Origin: Candidatus Methanophagaceae archaeon
GTDB lineage: Archaea > Halobacteriota > Syntropharchaeia > Alkanophagales > Methanospirareceae
Direction: 5' to 3'
DNA length: 64,000 nt
Assembly (NCBI GenBank): GCA_003194435.1
Contig: PQXC01000008.1
Coordinates: 19,773-83,772 of the forward strand
How positions within the stretch are numbered: the stretch's first letter is position 1; the number at the start of each line of letters is the position of its first letter. Made by a program: the position numbers and the translations under genes. Below are positions 37,870-47,603 of this stretch, piece after piece. The notes below the pieces were generated by a model. That model was not told the origin of the DNA. It saw only the letters and a list, made by a program, of their open reading frames with translations, and searched no databases.

Positions 37870-39086
37870 AAATGAGGATGAGGGAAGCATTAAGGGAGGA
37901 TCTTGAAAAAATATTCGGGAAAGCATGGCCCGCCTGGCTCGGCGGATTGCTGGTGGGCATGTTCAACGTATTCGAATACATAATCAAGAAGCCCTGGGGA
38001 ATCACATCCGCCACTTCACGGTGGTCAGGCTGGATACTAAACAGTTTTGGCGTTGATACCCCTAATTGGCTTTACTTTCAACAGATGAAGACATTTCAAA
38101 ATATTCCGTTCTTGTATGACGGCGATGCTATCAACGTGGGGGTGGTATTGGGTGCGTTCATTGCCGCTTCTCTCTCGTATGAATTCGCTATTCGACGAGC
38201 ACGGAGCAATAGAGTGTACATGCAGGCATTTGCCGGCGGTATCCTGATGGGTTATGGTGCACGGCTGTGCAATGGATGTAACTTAGGGGCACTCATCTGT
38301 TCCATTCCTTCGCTTTCATTAAGCGGCTGGATTTTCTGGCTTGGCTTAGCCTTAGGTGCTTACATAGGTATAAAATTTATCGTCTGGCAAATTACTCGAA
38401 TGACGGTAAGCAGCCGACCAATGAGCACAACGGAAAAGAGATCAGGACTGAACGAACAGCGGCAGACAATTATTGGGCTAACAGGTATTCTCGCAGCGGT
38501 AGCAATTACCCTATTTTATTCTTACTTCACCAAAGCAGAGGTAGTAATCCTCTTTTTAATCGGGCTGGCGTTTGGTGTAATAGTGCAACGCAGCCGTTTT
38601 TGCTTCGTTACCTCTTTTAAGGACGTCTTTATCAGCAGAGACGCAACAATATTTAAAGCGATTATCATCGCCATGCTGGTAGCCACCATTGGTTTCTCGC
38701 TGATTATGTATAAACTTGTTCCCGATCCGTCTATCGGCGAGCTGCCCGCACATGCGAAGATAAACAACATTGGCAGTCCGTTCGGGATTCCGCATCTGGT
38801 TGGCGGCATCCTGTTCGGGCTTGGGATGACATTAGCCGGTGGGTGTGCCTCAGGAACGCTGTACCGGATGGGAGAAGGTTATGTCAGTCTATGGGTAGCG
38901 TTTCTTGGGACACTGGTGGGCTATGTTTTTATTGCACATAACTGGCAGTGGCTGTATCCCAATCTGCTTGAAGGCACGAAAGTCTGGTTGCCGCGGTATT
39001 TAGGCTGGGGCGGGTCCGTGTTCCTGACACTATCGGCACTGATGGGTGTGTATGCCCTGATTACATATTGGGAGGCAAGTGGCTGA
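37848..39086 (+). CDS. YeeE/YedE family transporter (TsuA-like thiosulfate/sulfur-compound transporter)
   Basis: About 9 TM segments. Two conserved Cys-containing half-repeats, LCNGCNLGAL and GGCASGTLYRMGEG. Confidence 0.7.
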   Translation: MGNNRKMKMRMREALREDLEKIFGKAWPAWLGGLLVGMFNVFEYIIKKPWGITSATSRWSGWILNSFGVDTPNWLYFQQMKTFQNIPFLYDGDAINVGVVLGAFIAASLSYEFAIRRARSNRVYMQAFAGGILMGYGARLCNGCNLGALICSIPSLSLSGWIFWLGLALGAYIGIKFIVWQITRMTVSSRPMSTTEKRSGLNEQRQTIIGLTGILAAVAITLFYSYFTKAEVVILFLIGLAFGVIVQRSRFCFVTSFKDVFISRDATIFKAIIIAMLVATIGFSLIMYKLVPDPSIGELPAHAKINNIGSPFGIPHLVGGILFGLGMTLAGGCASGTLYRMGEGYVSLWVAFLGTLVGYVFIAHNWQWLYPNLLEGTKVWLPRYLGWGGSVFLTLSALMGVYALITYWEASG

Positions 39087-40360
39087 GTATGGGCAGAAAA
39101 CAATTAAAATATATAGAACTGGACGATGAATCAGGGAGGTTATATGCGGCTGGAGTGCCTCATTTGCTTTTCCCCGTCAATATAGTGGAATTAATGCGTG
39201 ATATTCTACGAAAAATTGCTGGAAATGCAGCAGCAGAAGCGTTGATGTACCGAATAGGCGAGGAAGTCGGAAGGGAATATGCGAAACGTGTAAAAAAGAT
39301 TCTTGACGAAAGTGAGGTGGAACTGGACAAGGATGCACTGCTGACGCAGGTCTATTGCACCACCATGCAGTCAGGCTGGGGAGGGATAAAAAAAATCAAA
39401 TGGATCAACCCAGAAGATGGCAAGATAGAGATTCGGGGCAGAAACTTCCCCTGTATGGAACTGGAAAACTGCAATTGCGCACTGGAGCGAGGAATATTAG
39501 CAGGGGCATACCATGAAATCGTTGGCAAGAGGATATATTACGCCCTGACCAAAAAGACAAGAGATGAGGTTGTAATCAATTCACTTGAAGAGATCCCGCC
39601 CGAGGTACTGAGGGATGAAGAGTTAGCACTGCTGAGCAAAAGGGAACTGGAGGAGATAATTAGAGAGAAAACCCGTGAGTTGGAGAAATCGCGAATTGCG
39701 ACATTGAACATAGCGCAGGACATTGAGAATGCGAAGAAGGAGCTGCAAGAATCTGAAGAGAAATTGCGGGCTATCGTGGAAAGCGCGAAAGATTCCATAT
39801 TCATAAAAGACCGGCAATTAAGATACGTATTGGTTAATCCTGCTATGGAACGTTTGTTCGGGCTGCCAGCCGAAAAGATGCTTGGGAAATCGGATGCCGA
39901 ATTATTTGGTGAAGAGAGAGTGAAGCATATTGAGGAGGTGGATAGTCAGGTGCTTCAGGGCGAAACCGTAGAGGACGTGTATTCCAAACCTGTTGGAAGA
40001 GAAATAAAAACGTTTCATACGATAAAAGTGCCATTGCGAGATGCTTCCGGCAAGATAAGCGGGTTATGCGGTATCGAGCGTGACATAACCGAGCAGAAAC
40101 GGATGGAGGATAAGGTGAAGGAGGCAATGACGAAACTTAAGCGGTTCAATCGTCTGGCGGTCGGTCGCGAATTGAGGATGATAGAACTGAAGAGGGAGGT
40201 GAACCAGCTTTGTGAACGATTGGGGGAGAAGCCAAGATACAACCTGTCATTTGTGGACAATAAAATTACAGGTGGAAATGAAAACGAAAATGAAAATAAA
40301 AAATTACGAATTGGGTTGTTCGCAAATGCGAACGTAGGAGAAGAGAAAAATGAAAGATAA
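39068..40360 (+). CDS. V4R + PAS sensor protein with the same C-terminal coiled-coil module; no output domain
   Basis: V4R-like NCNCALERGILAGAY; PAS (IVESAKDSIFIKDRQLRYVLVNPAMERLFGLPAEKMLGKSD); C-terminal RFNRLAVGRELRMIELKREVNQLCERLGEK. Confidence 0.5.
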   Translation: MGGKWLSMGRKQLKYIELDDESGRLYAAGVPHLLFPVNIVELMRDILRKIAGNAAAEALMYRIGEEVGREYAKRVKKILDESEVELDKDALLTQVYCTTMQSGWGGIKKIKWINPEDGKIEIRGRNFPCMELENCNCALERGILAGAYHEIVGKRIYYALTKKTRDEVVINSLEEIPPEVLRDEELALLSKRELEEIIREKTRELEKSRIATLNIAQDIENAKKELQESEEKLRAIVESAKDSIFIKDRQLRYVLVNPAMERLFGLPAEKMLGKSDAELFGEERVKHIEEVDSQVLQGETVEDVYSKPVGREIKTFHTIKVPLRDASGKISGLCGIERDITEQKRMEDKVKEAMTKLKRFNRLAVGRELRMIELKREVNQLCERLGEKPRYNLSFVDNKITGGNENENENKKLRIGLFANANVGEEKNER

Positions 40361-41210
40361 TAGTGAGATGGATTTTAAGGAAGCGAGTAAGAGATTTGTG
40401 GCTGTGTTTGGGGAAAGAGAACCACTGATTCGACCCGTAGGTGTAAAACTAATCCCAAAAGGAAGAGGAAGAGAAGTCGAAGTCCCGAAGGGTACGAGGT
40501 CTATTGAGGAATATCAGGGCGTTCCGTGGTGTGAAGCGGTGAGAATTGCAGCTACGAAAGGTGAGGTGGTGGTAATAACCAAAGAGAATGTGGGTTGCCC
40601 AGCAGCAGCCATCGCGCTTGGTCTCGTTGACCAGTATCAAAAAGAGCCGCTGGGCGGTAAACGGAAATACACCGATTTGATGGCTGAACCTGCTGCACCG
40701 GCTGACTTCACCAATGGACTGGTCTATGCCTGCAAAGATAGCGGGAACATGCAGTTCGCTCTCTTCGGGAATGATGATACGGGACGCTATGAAACATTGG
40801 GAGCAGCGCTAAAAGCTGTTTCCGGAATGAAGGCAATTCAACCTGCAATTATGGACGCTGCGGTGGCATACCAGGCGGAAAATCTGGACCTGGACCTCAA
40901 GCCTGACGTGGTGATTCTCGCATTAAAACCAAAGCAGGCACTGCTTGCGATTCAGGGCTACAATTTCCTATCCGGTAATCGCTTTGAAATGAGCACCATC
41001 GGTATTAGAGGCGTATGTGCTGATTTAACTGCTCAGCCTTTCATAGAGCAAAAGCTAAACGGCTCTTTATTCTGTCTCGGTGCGAGAGCGCTCGGAGGTT
41101 GGGAAGGTAACCTGCTGGGATTGGGCATGCCATACTCAATATTCCAGCAGATGGTCTCTGGCATGGAAAGGTCAGCGACCGGATTTCCGTATAAGGCATA
41201 TCCTGAATGA
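40350..41210 (+). CDS. Hypothetical protein (possibly DUF169-like)
   Basis: 286 aa; the conserved GCPAAAIALGL block is only weakly suggestive. Confidence 0.3.
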   Translation: MKDNSEMDFKEASKRFVAVFGEREPLIRPVGVKLIPKGRGREVEVPKGTRSIEEYQGVPWCEAVRIAATKGEVVVITKENVGCPAAAIALGLVDQYQKEPLGGKRKYTDLMAEPAAPADFTNGLVYACKDSGNMQFALFGNDDTGRYETLGAALKAVSGMKAIQPAIMDAAVAYQAENLDLDLKPDVVILALKPKQALLAIQGYNFLSGNRFEMSTIGIRGVCADLTAQPFIEQKLNGSLFCLGARALGGWEGNLLGLGMPYSIFQQMVSGMERSATGFPYKAYPE

Positions 41211-41221
41211 GAGACTGTGAT

Positions 41222-41266
41222 AGTGAAAGTGAAAGTGAAAGTGAAAAGTGAAAAGTGAAAGGGGGG
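41222..41266. repeat. (GTGAAA/GTGAAAA)x6 microsatellite followed by a G6 tract, immediately upstream of the ATG at 41271
   Basis: gtgaaagtgaaagtgaaagtgaaaagtgaaaagtgaaagggggg, seen directly. Confidence 0.8.
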
Positions 41267-41270
41267 ATAA

Positions 41271-42776
41271 ATGGGCAAAAGGGAGAAAAACAGCCTGAGG
41301 GAACTCGTAGACCTTGATGAACTGCAATCCATTCAGGATGACTTTGCAAAAACCGTTGGCACTTCTTCTGTTATTTTCACACCAGAAGGTGAGCCTCTAA
41401 CGCAGTTCAGCAACCCTACCGGCTTTTGCTCTCTGATACAATCAACAGAGGAAGGCAGACGGCGCTGTTTTCAATCGTTCATGGATATGAGCCGAAAGGC
41501 ACTGGAGCTAAAAGAGCACAAAATCCTCTATTGTTTTGCACATGGTGGTCACTTTGTCGCACCGATAATCATCAATGGCGAGCATAAAGGAACGATGTTC
41601 GCCGGGCAATTTATACCACGGGAGTTCTCCAGGGAGCAACTAACCGAGCTAAGGCGAATAGCGGAGGAGATAAACATAGACCCGGAACAGCTAATAAAAG
41701 AAGCGAAGCGGATGCGTGTGGTGGAAGAAGAGAGGGTCTGGAATTATTCGAGTTTATTGTTTCATATAGTGAGCCTTATTGCAAGGCTGGGTGCGCAAGC
41801 GGCTGAACTGAATCGTGCCAATGATGCATTGCAAAGGGCGCATGACGAACTGGAAATCCGCGTACAGGAACGCACGGCGGAACTGGCGAAGAGTAACGAA
41901 CAACTGAGACGTGAGATAGAGGAACGAAAGCGGATGGAGAAGGAGCGGGAAGAAGCCCACCTCGCAGTGCTGAACATAGCAGAAGACCTCAACGAGGCGA
42001 GAATAGAAGCGGAGAATGCACGGAGGGAACTGGAAGAGCTGACACGAAAGCTTGAGAAATCGAATCAGGAGCTGCAAGATTTCGCTTATATCGTCTCACA
42101 CGACCTTAAGGCACCGGTGCGAAAAGTGGCGATGTTTGGAGACCTGCTGAAGGAATCGCTGGCAGGTCGGCTGGACGAAGACGAGCAGGAGAACTTCGAG
42201 TTCATGATTGAAGGCGCCACACGAATGCAGCAGTTGATTGATGCTCTGCTTACCTATTCACGTGTACATACGAGGGTAAAGCCACCGCAGCGAGTGGATC
42301 TGAGGAAGGTGATAGAGGACTTGAAGGAGATAGAACTGGCGTTACCACTGGAGGAGACAGGGGGCAAGGTGGAGATAGAGGAGCCACTGCCATCTGTTTA
42401 TGCCGACCCTTCACAGGTGTACCAGCTATTGCAGAACCTGATAGCGAATGGGTTGAAGTATCACCGTGAGGGAGTTCCACCCGTGATCACAATTCGTGGT
42501 AAACAGCTTGGGGACTGGGTTCGTATTGAGGTTCAGGACAATGGGATTGGCATACCCGAAGAGCATCATGAGAGGATATTCGGGATGTTCCAGCGGCTTC
42601 ATGCCGATGATAAGGGCACGGGAGTGGGTCTTGCGGTCTGTAAAAGAATTGTGGAGCGGCATGGCGGGGAGATAGGAGTTGAGTCCACGCCAGGAGTTGG
42701 TTCCACATTCTGGTTCACCCTCCCGAGTGCTCCGAACCTGAATGAAGAACTAAAAACTAAAGGGAGTGAGGAATGA
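41271..42776 (+). CDS. Sensor histidine kinase with N-terminal PocR domain
   Basis: PocR block; HisKA FAYIVSHDLKAPVRKV; HATPase_c GTGVGLAVCKRIVERHGGEIGVESTPGVGSTFWFTLP. Confidence 0.75.
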   Translation: MGKREKNSLRELVDLDELQSIQDDFAKTVGTSSVIFTPEGEPLTQFSNPTGFCSLIQSTEEGRRRCFQSFMDMSRKALELKEHKILYCFAHGGHFVAPIIINGEHKGTMFAGQFIPREFSREQLTELRRIAEEINIDPEQLIKEAKRMRVVEEERVWNYSSLLFHIVSLIARLGAQAAELNRANDALQRAHDELEIRVQERTAELAKSNEQLRREIEERKRMEKEREEAHLAVLNIAEDLNEARIEAENARRELEELTRKLEKSNQELQDFAYIVSHDLKAPVRKVAMFGDLLKESLAGRLDEDEQENFEFMIEGATRMQQLIDALLTYSRVHTRVKPPQRVDLRKVIEDLKEIELALPLEETGGKVEIEEPLPSVYADPSQVYQLLQNLIANGLKYHREGVPPVITIRGKQLGDWVRIEVQDNGIGIPEEHHERIFGMFQRLHADDKGTGVGLAVCKRIVERHGGEIGVESTPGVGSTFWFTLPSAPNLNEELKTKGSEE

Positions 42777-42779
42777 AGA

Positions 42780-43634
42780 ATGAGAGAGGTCATCGGTGAG
42801 AAGCGTACGCATATAGATAGAAAAGAGGGACGGGTGTGCAATATCTTGAACAGTGAACGAGCGATATTATTAAAGGAGCTTGAACGTTCAAATCGAGAAT
42901 TGCGAGAGCTCGTTTTTGTCACTTCGCATCATCTACACGAGCCCACAAGGAAGATATTCACCTATGGCAATATGCTCTTCAACTCGCTCCGGGATAAAAT
43001 AGATACAGATGACCGCGAGAATCTCCAGTTCATAATTGATGGTGCCCGGAAGATGCAGGCGCTGGTGGATGATCTGCTCCTGTATTCAGAGGTGATCATG
43101 CGTAAAGAGAGGGCACGGGTGCCCGTTGATCTGAACGAGATAGTGGAAAAACTGAGGACTAAGGAGCTGGCTTCTTTGCTTGACGCGACTCATGGTATCA
43201 TCAAAGTGCCGGAGCCACTACTCCCTGTTCAGGCTGATCCCGTACAGGTACGATTGCTCATGCAGAACCTGATTGCAAACGGGTTGAAGTTTCATCGTGT
43301 GGGTACGATACCCGAAGTAACAATCAGGAGCTCACGCTGTGGAGATAAAGAGGTTCGCGTGAGTGTGGAGGATAATGGAGTGGGAATATCCAGGGAATAT
43401 CATAATAGAATATTCAGTCTGTTTCATCAGCTTCAGCCATCTGAGGATGGCACTGGAGTTGGACTGGCGATCTGCAAGAAGGTGGTGGAGCAGCATGGAG
43501 GAGCTATAGGAGTCGAATCCACGCCGGGCAGGGGTTCTACTTTCTGGTTCACTTTACCAATTGCAAGCAGGAATTGCACTATCCCTGTAATTGTAAGTAA
43601 AGAAATTCATATTGAGGAGGTGAAGAAGAAATGA
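42780..43634 (+). CDS. Histidine kinase (HisKA + HATPase_c; no obvious sensor domain)
   Basis: FVTSHHLHEPTRKI H-box; GTGVGLAICKKVVEQHGGAIGVESTPGRGSTFWFTLP. Confidence 0.7.
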   Translation: MREVIGEKRTHIDRKEGRVCNILNSERAILLKELERSNRELRELVFVTSHHLHEPTRKIFTYGNMLFNSLRDKIDTDDRENLQFIIDGARKMQALVDDLLLYSEVIMRKERARVPVDLNEIVEKLRTKELASLLDATHGIIKVPEPLLPVQADPVQVRLLMQNLIANGLKFHRVGTIPEVTIRSSRCGDKEVRVSVEDNGVGISREYHNRIFSLFHQLQPSEDGTGVGLAICKKVVEQHGGAIGVESTPGRGSTFWFTLPIASRNCTIPVIVSKEIHIEEVKKK

Positions 43635-44077
43635 GAAGAATAGACCCTGCTATAGTATTGCTGGTGGAAGACGACCCGGGCGACCAGAAACTGGTAAAAA
43701 TCTCACTGAAGAGGCAGCGCATAGCGAACGAACTGCATATAGTGAGCAGTGGAGAGGAGGCGCTGGACTTTTTATACCAGCGTGGTAAGTACAACGGCGG
43801 AACGCCCCGACCCGACCTGATTCTGCTGGATTTGAATATGCCGGGTATGGGTGGGAAAGAATTTCTGAGACGGATAAAGAAAGACGGAGATTTGAAAAAG
43901 ATTCCCGTGGTTATCCTGACGACATCTGATTCCGAGCGGGATATCATAGATAGCTATCATCTGCAAGCCTCAGGCTACGTGAAGAAGCCAGTGGACCTGG
44001 AGGATTTCAAGAATGTAATGAAAGAGATAGGGGAATACTGGTTTGTGATGTGCAAACTGCCCCCAAAGGAGGTGTGA
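43631..44077 (+). CDS. CheY-like single-domain response regulator (receiver)
   Basis: VLLVEDDPGD...LILLDLNMPGMGG...VVILTTS...GYVKKP receiver motifs with the phospho-acceptor Asp. Confidence 0.8.
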   Translation: MRRIDPAIVLLVEDDPGDQKLVKISLKRQRIANELHIVSSGEEALDFLYQRGKYNGGTPRPDLILLDLNMPGMGGKEFLRRIKKDGDLKKIPVVILTTSDSERDIIDSYHLQASGYVKKPVDLEDFKNVMKEIGEYWFVMCKLPPKEV

Positions 44078-44080
44078 AAA

Positions 44081-45235
44081 ATGATGAACTACGAATTGGA
44101 AACGAAATTAGAGGAGCAGCCAGAGGAGAAGCCGCTGAAGATTCTCGTATGCGATGATGACCCTTCGTTCCGGAAGTTGGTACGTACATATTTGCATCAG
44201 GGTGCAGATAGGAGATTCAAGTTGATAGAAGCCGGCAATAAGGAGGAGATACAGCAGGCACTCGATAATGAGGCTATTGACATCATCTTTATGGACATAA
44301 TGATGCCTGACAAATCGGGTATGGAGTGGCTTCGTGAGATTGTTCAGGGTAAGATAGCACCGGTAGTCATGCTTACAGGGTTTGGTAGTGAAGATATTGC
44401 AGTCCAGTCAATTCGTAATGGTGCTATTGATTATATCCCAAAAGACCACCTCACAAAGGACCGGTTATGGGGTACTATAAAAGCAACACTGGAGACATGG
44501 AAGCGGATGCAGGCGGAGGATGAGAAGAAGAAGCTGATGTGCGAACTGGAGGCTAAGAATACCGAACTGGAACGATTCACCTATACGGTATCACACGACC
44601 TCCGCTCTCCTCTACTCACTATCCGTGGTTTTGTATCCATGTTGCGTGACGATTTAGAGGAGAACGACCGTGAGAAGGTAGCTAAAGACCTTGATTATAT
44701 AGATAATGCAGCGAAGAAGATGGAACAGCTCCTGGACGATACATTGCAATTATCCCGTATCGGGCGTGTGGCGAATCCACCCGAGGATGTGCCATTCGCA
44801 GAGATAGTAGACGATGCACTGGAACAAACAATGGAACAGATATTGGAGAGCGGTGTGAAGGTCACAGTGGCAGATGATTTTCCTGTTGTTCATGTTGACC
44901 GTATGAGAATAGCGGAGGTGCTGGTGAACCTCATAACGAACAGCATAAAATATATGGGCGACCAGCCGAATCCGGAGATATTTATCGGTTATCGGAAGGA
45001 CGGTGACGAAGTTGTCTTCTTCGTGCGGGACAATGGCATAGGGATAGACAAGAGTCAACATGAGAAGGTATTCGAGCTTTTCTATAAGCTCGACAGCAGT
45101 ACCAAAGGCACAGGTGCCGGGCTCGCCATTGTGAAAAGGATAATAGAAGTACATGGGGGACGCGTCTGGATAGAATCAGAGAAAGGGAAGGGGTGCACTG
45201 TTTGTTTTACACTTCCTGTTGTTAAGTTAAAATAA
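44081..45235 (+). CDS. Hybrid response regulator / histidine kinase (REC + HisKA + HATPase_c)
   Basis: ILVCDDDPSF...IIFMDIMMPDKSGME receiver; FTYTVSHDLRSPL H-box; GTGAGLAIVKRIIEVHGGRVWIESEKGKGCTVCFTLP. Confidence 0.75.
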   Translation: MMNYELETKLEEQPEEKPLKILVCDDDPSFRKLVRTYLHQGADRRFKLIEAGNKEEIQQALDNEAIDIIFMDIMMPDKSGMEWLREIVQGKIAPVVMLTGFGSEDIAVQSIRNGAIDYIPKDHLTKDRLWGTIKATLETWKRMQAEDEKKKLMCELEAKNTELERFTYTVSHDLRSPLLTIRGFVSMLRDDLEENDREKVAKDLDYIDNAAKKMEQLLDDTLQLSRIGRVANPPEDVPFAEIVDDALEQTMEQILESGVKVTVADDFPVVHVDRMRIAEVLVNLITNSIKYMGDQPNPEIFIGYRKDGDEVVFFVRDNGIGIDKSQHEKVFELFYKLDSSTKGTGAGLAIVKRIIEVHGGRVWIESEKGKGCTVCFTLPVVKLK

Positions 45236-45264
45236 ACAATCAGGGTCTATGTCTATATCTATAT

Positions 45265-45873
45265 CTATGATCTGCAAATGAGATGTACGAAATTGTCCAG
45301 TATGAGCAGTCCCTTACGTGATGACTTCTCGGGATGGAACTGAACGCCGTAGATATTGCCATTATTCACCACCGCAGTTAACTGCAAACCGTATTCTACC
45401 GATGCAATTATACTGGCTTCATTCTCAGGCACGCAATAATAAGAATGCACGAAATAGAAATAATCCGCTTCGGTAATCCCTTCCAGTAGCTCTGAGTGCC
45501 GGTGCAGGTGCAGATTGTTCCAGCCCATGTGCGGTACCCGCACGTAAGGCGGTAAACGAACCACTCTCCCGGGGATGAGTGCAAGTCCCTTCTCTTCGCC
45601 CTCTTCGCTATCTTCAAATAGGAGCTGCATACCTATACATATCCCAAGCACCGGCACACCAGATTCCACAAGCCTGAACAACTCCGTTGAGAACGGCTTT
45701 AAGTTCCTTATGCCATCATCAAACGCGCCTACACCGGGAATAATAACACCATCAGCTTCTCTTAAGCTGCCGATATCAGCCTCACTAATAAGAACTGCAT
45801 GGTTACAGACCTTCTTCAGCCCGTTGTATATACTGAATAGATTCCCCATCCCATAATCTATGATTGCAATCAT
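45265..45873 (-). CDS. hisH: Imidazole glycerol phosphate synthase glutamine amidotransferase subunit
   Basis: MIAIIDYGMGNLFSI, GICIGMQLLFE (catalytic Cys), GVQFHPEKS (His/Glu). Confidence 0.85.
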   Translation of the reverse strand: MIAIIDYGMGNLFSIYNGLKKVCNHAVLISEADIGSLREADGVIIPGVGAFDDGIRNLKPFSTELFRLVESGVPVLGICIGMQLLFEDSEEGEEKGLALIPGRVVRLPPYVRVPHMGWNNLHLHRHSELLEGITEADYFYFVHSYYCVPENEASIIASVEYGLQLTAVVNNGNIYGVQFHPEKSSRKGLLILDNFVHLICRS

Positions 45874-45969
45874 ATCATACTCACACCTTATTCTTACCCT
45901 CTTCTTAGAAAGAAGAGCTTTAGCAAAAGAAATATTTATTCAAAAGTGACTCTCTGATACTATTGAGCT

Positions 45970-47055
45970 ATGAAGGCGATCCTTGCACTTGAAGATGGAA
46001 CAGTGGTGGAGGGTGTGGGCTGGGGTGCAGAGGGTATAGCGCTGGGGGAACTCGTGTTTGCAACGCCTTTTACGGGCTACGAAGAGGCGCTTACTGATCC
46101 CTCGTACAGGGGGCAGATATTGATGCTCACGTATCCACTTGTTGGTAATTATGGTGTCAGCGGTGCCAGATTCCAATCAGATAGCATAAAGGTAGAGGGC
46201 TTTGTGGTCCGGGAGATGTGTGATACGCCATCGCATTACATGAGTAAGCGAGGTATAGATGATTTCCTGCGGAATGAAGGTGTGCCAGCCATCAGCGGAG
46301 TGGATACGAGGATGTTAACGATAAAGACGAGGCGATACGGCACGATGAAGGCGTGTTTGATGGTTGAGCCAGAGAGAGGGATAAGGGAAGAAGCTAAAGC
46401 CAGAGCTCTGGAACTCGCGAGAGCTCAGCCCGATATCTCAGACCTGGATCTGATAGAGCAGGTTACATGCAAGACGGGATACAGGATACCGGGTAGCGGT
46501 AAGCGAATAGCAGTGATAGACCTGGGAGTAAAGCGGAACATAATAGAGAACTTGAGGAAGCGTGATTTTGACATCTTCGTCTTCCCTGCTACTGTAAAGA
46601 AATCAGAGATAGTGAATTCGGAGCCTGATGCTTTATTACTCTCGAATGGTCCTGGCGACCCAAAGCGTGCAAAGAATGCGATGAGCGTGGTGAAAGAGCT
46701 CGCGGGTACAATCCCCATCTTCGGGATATGTCTCGGTCTGCAGGTAATTGCTCTTGCTCTGGGTTGCGACACGTATAAATTGAAATTCGGGCACAGGGGT
46801 GCGAATCAGCCGGTGAAGGACCTTAGAAGTGCTCGTGTATACATAACCGCGCAGAATCATGGATTCGCAGTTGATAAAGATTCGATGGACGGTATCGTTG
46901 AGTTGACGCAGATAAATGCCAATGACGGCACGGTAGAAGCTTTCGAGGAGTCTTATATGGGTATTAAATGCGTCCAGTACCATCCAGAGGCGAGTCCAGG
47001 TCCATGGGATACCGAGAAAATATTCTTTGATGAACTCATGCGAGTGGGCAGATGA
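45970..47055 (+). CDS. carA: Carbamoyl-phosphate synthase small subunit
   Basis: N-terminal CPSase_sm domain plus GATase with GICLGLQ and HGFAV...YHPEASPGP. Confidence 0.9.
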   Translation: MKAILALEDGTVVEGVGWGAEGIALGELVFATPFTGYEEALTDPSYRGQILMLTYPLVGNYGVSGARFQSDSIKVEGFVVREMCDTPSHYMSKRGIDDFLRNEGVPAISGVDTRMLTIKTRRYGTMKACLMVEPERGIREEAKARALELARAQPDISDLDLIEQVTCKTGYRIPGSGKRIAVIDLGVKRNIIENLRKRDFDIFVFPATVKKSEIVNSEPDALLLSNGPGDPKRAKNAMSVVKELAGTIPIFGICLGLQVIALALGCDTYKLKFGHRGANQPVKDLRSARVYITAQNHGFAVDKDSMDGIVELTQINANDGTVEAFEESYMGIKCVQYHPEASPGPWDTEKIFFDELMRVGR

Positions 47056-47596
47056 TATGATAGAAGATGCAGAGGGCTTAATAAAGCGGGAAGAGATTTT
47101 AAAACACCTGGGGCTGCGTGGGAAGCATATACTTGATATAGGTGTGGGTCAGCTTTCTATAATTGCAGCTCGGGATTTCAATTGCAGGGTTACCAGCATA
47201 GATATTTCGGAATCGGCATTGAGGGATGCGAAACGGGATGCGGAGTCAGAAGGGGTAGCGGATAGGATAACTTATGAGCTCGGAGATGCGACATCGCTTC
47301 GTTACAGTGATGCAAGTTTCGATGCGGTGATCAGCTATGGCGCGTTGCATCATGTAGAGCCGGATAAGCGAGGCGAGTTTGTGCGGGAAGCAAGCAGAGT
47401 GGCGCGAGATAAGGTCATTATTGCGGAATTGAATACTGTGGGCTTTCACCGGATACACGGCTCCAGCAGTTTTAAAGCCGTTGACCTCAGGTGGTTGAAG
47501 AAGGAACTGAGTTCGTTTGGCGTGCTGGAAGAGTATATCGGTACGGCAATGAATGTTTATGTGTTGAAGAAGTCAAAAATAAAGTCATTCCGGTAA
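47027..47596 (+). CDS. Class I SAM-dependent methyltransferase (start possibly at 47057)
   Basis: Motif I ILDIGVGQLSIIAA; motif post-I DISESAL. Overlaps the carA stop. Confidence 0.55.
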   Translation: MMNSCEWADDMIEDAEGLIKREEILKHLGLRGKHILDIGVGQLSIIAARDFNCRVTSIDISESALRDAKRDAESEGVADRITYELGDATSLRYSDASFDAVISYGALHHVEPDKRGEFVREASRVARDKVIIAELNTVGFHRIHGSSSFKAVDLRWLKKELSSFGVLEEYIGTAMNVYVLKKSKIKSFR

Positions 47597-47603
47597 ATTA
47601 ACA

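Noticed and set aside
41222-41266. Short tandem GTGAAA repeats considered as a CRISPR or minisatellite array
   Set aside because: Units are 6-7 nt, contiguous, without spacers. It is a simple-sequence repeat in a promoter region.
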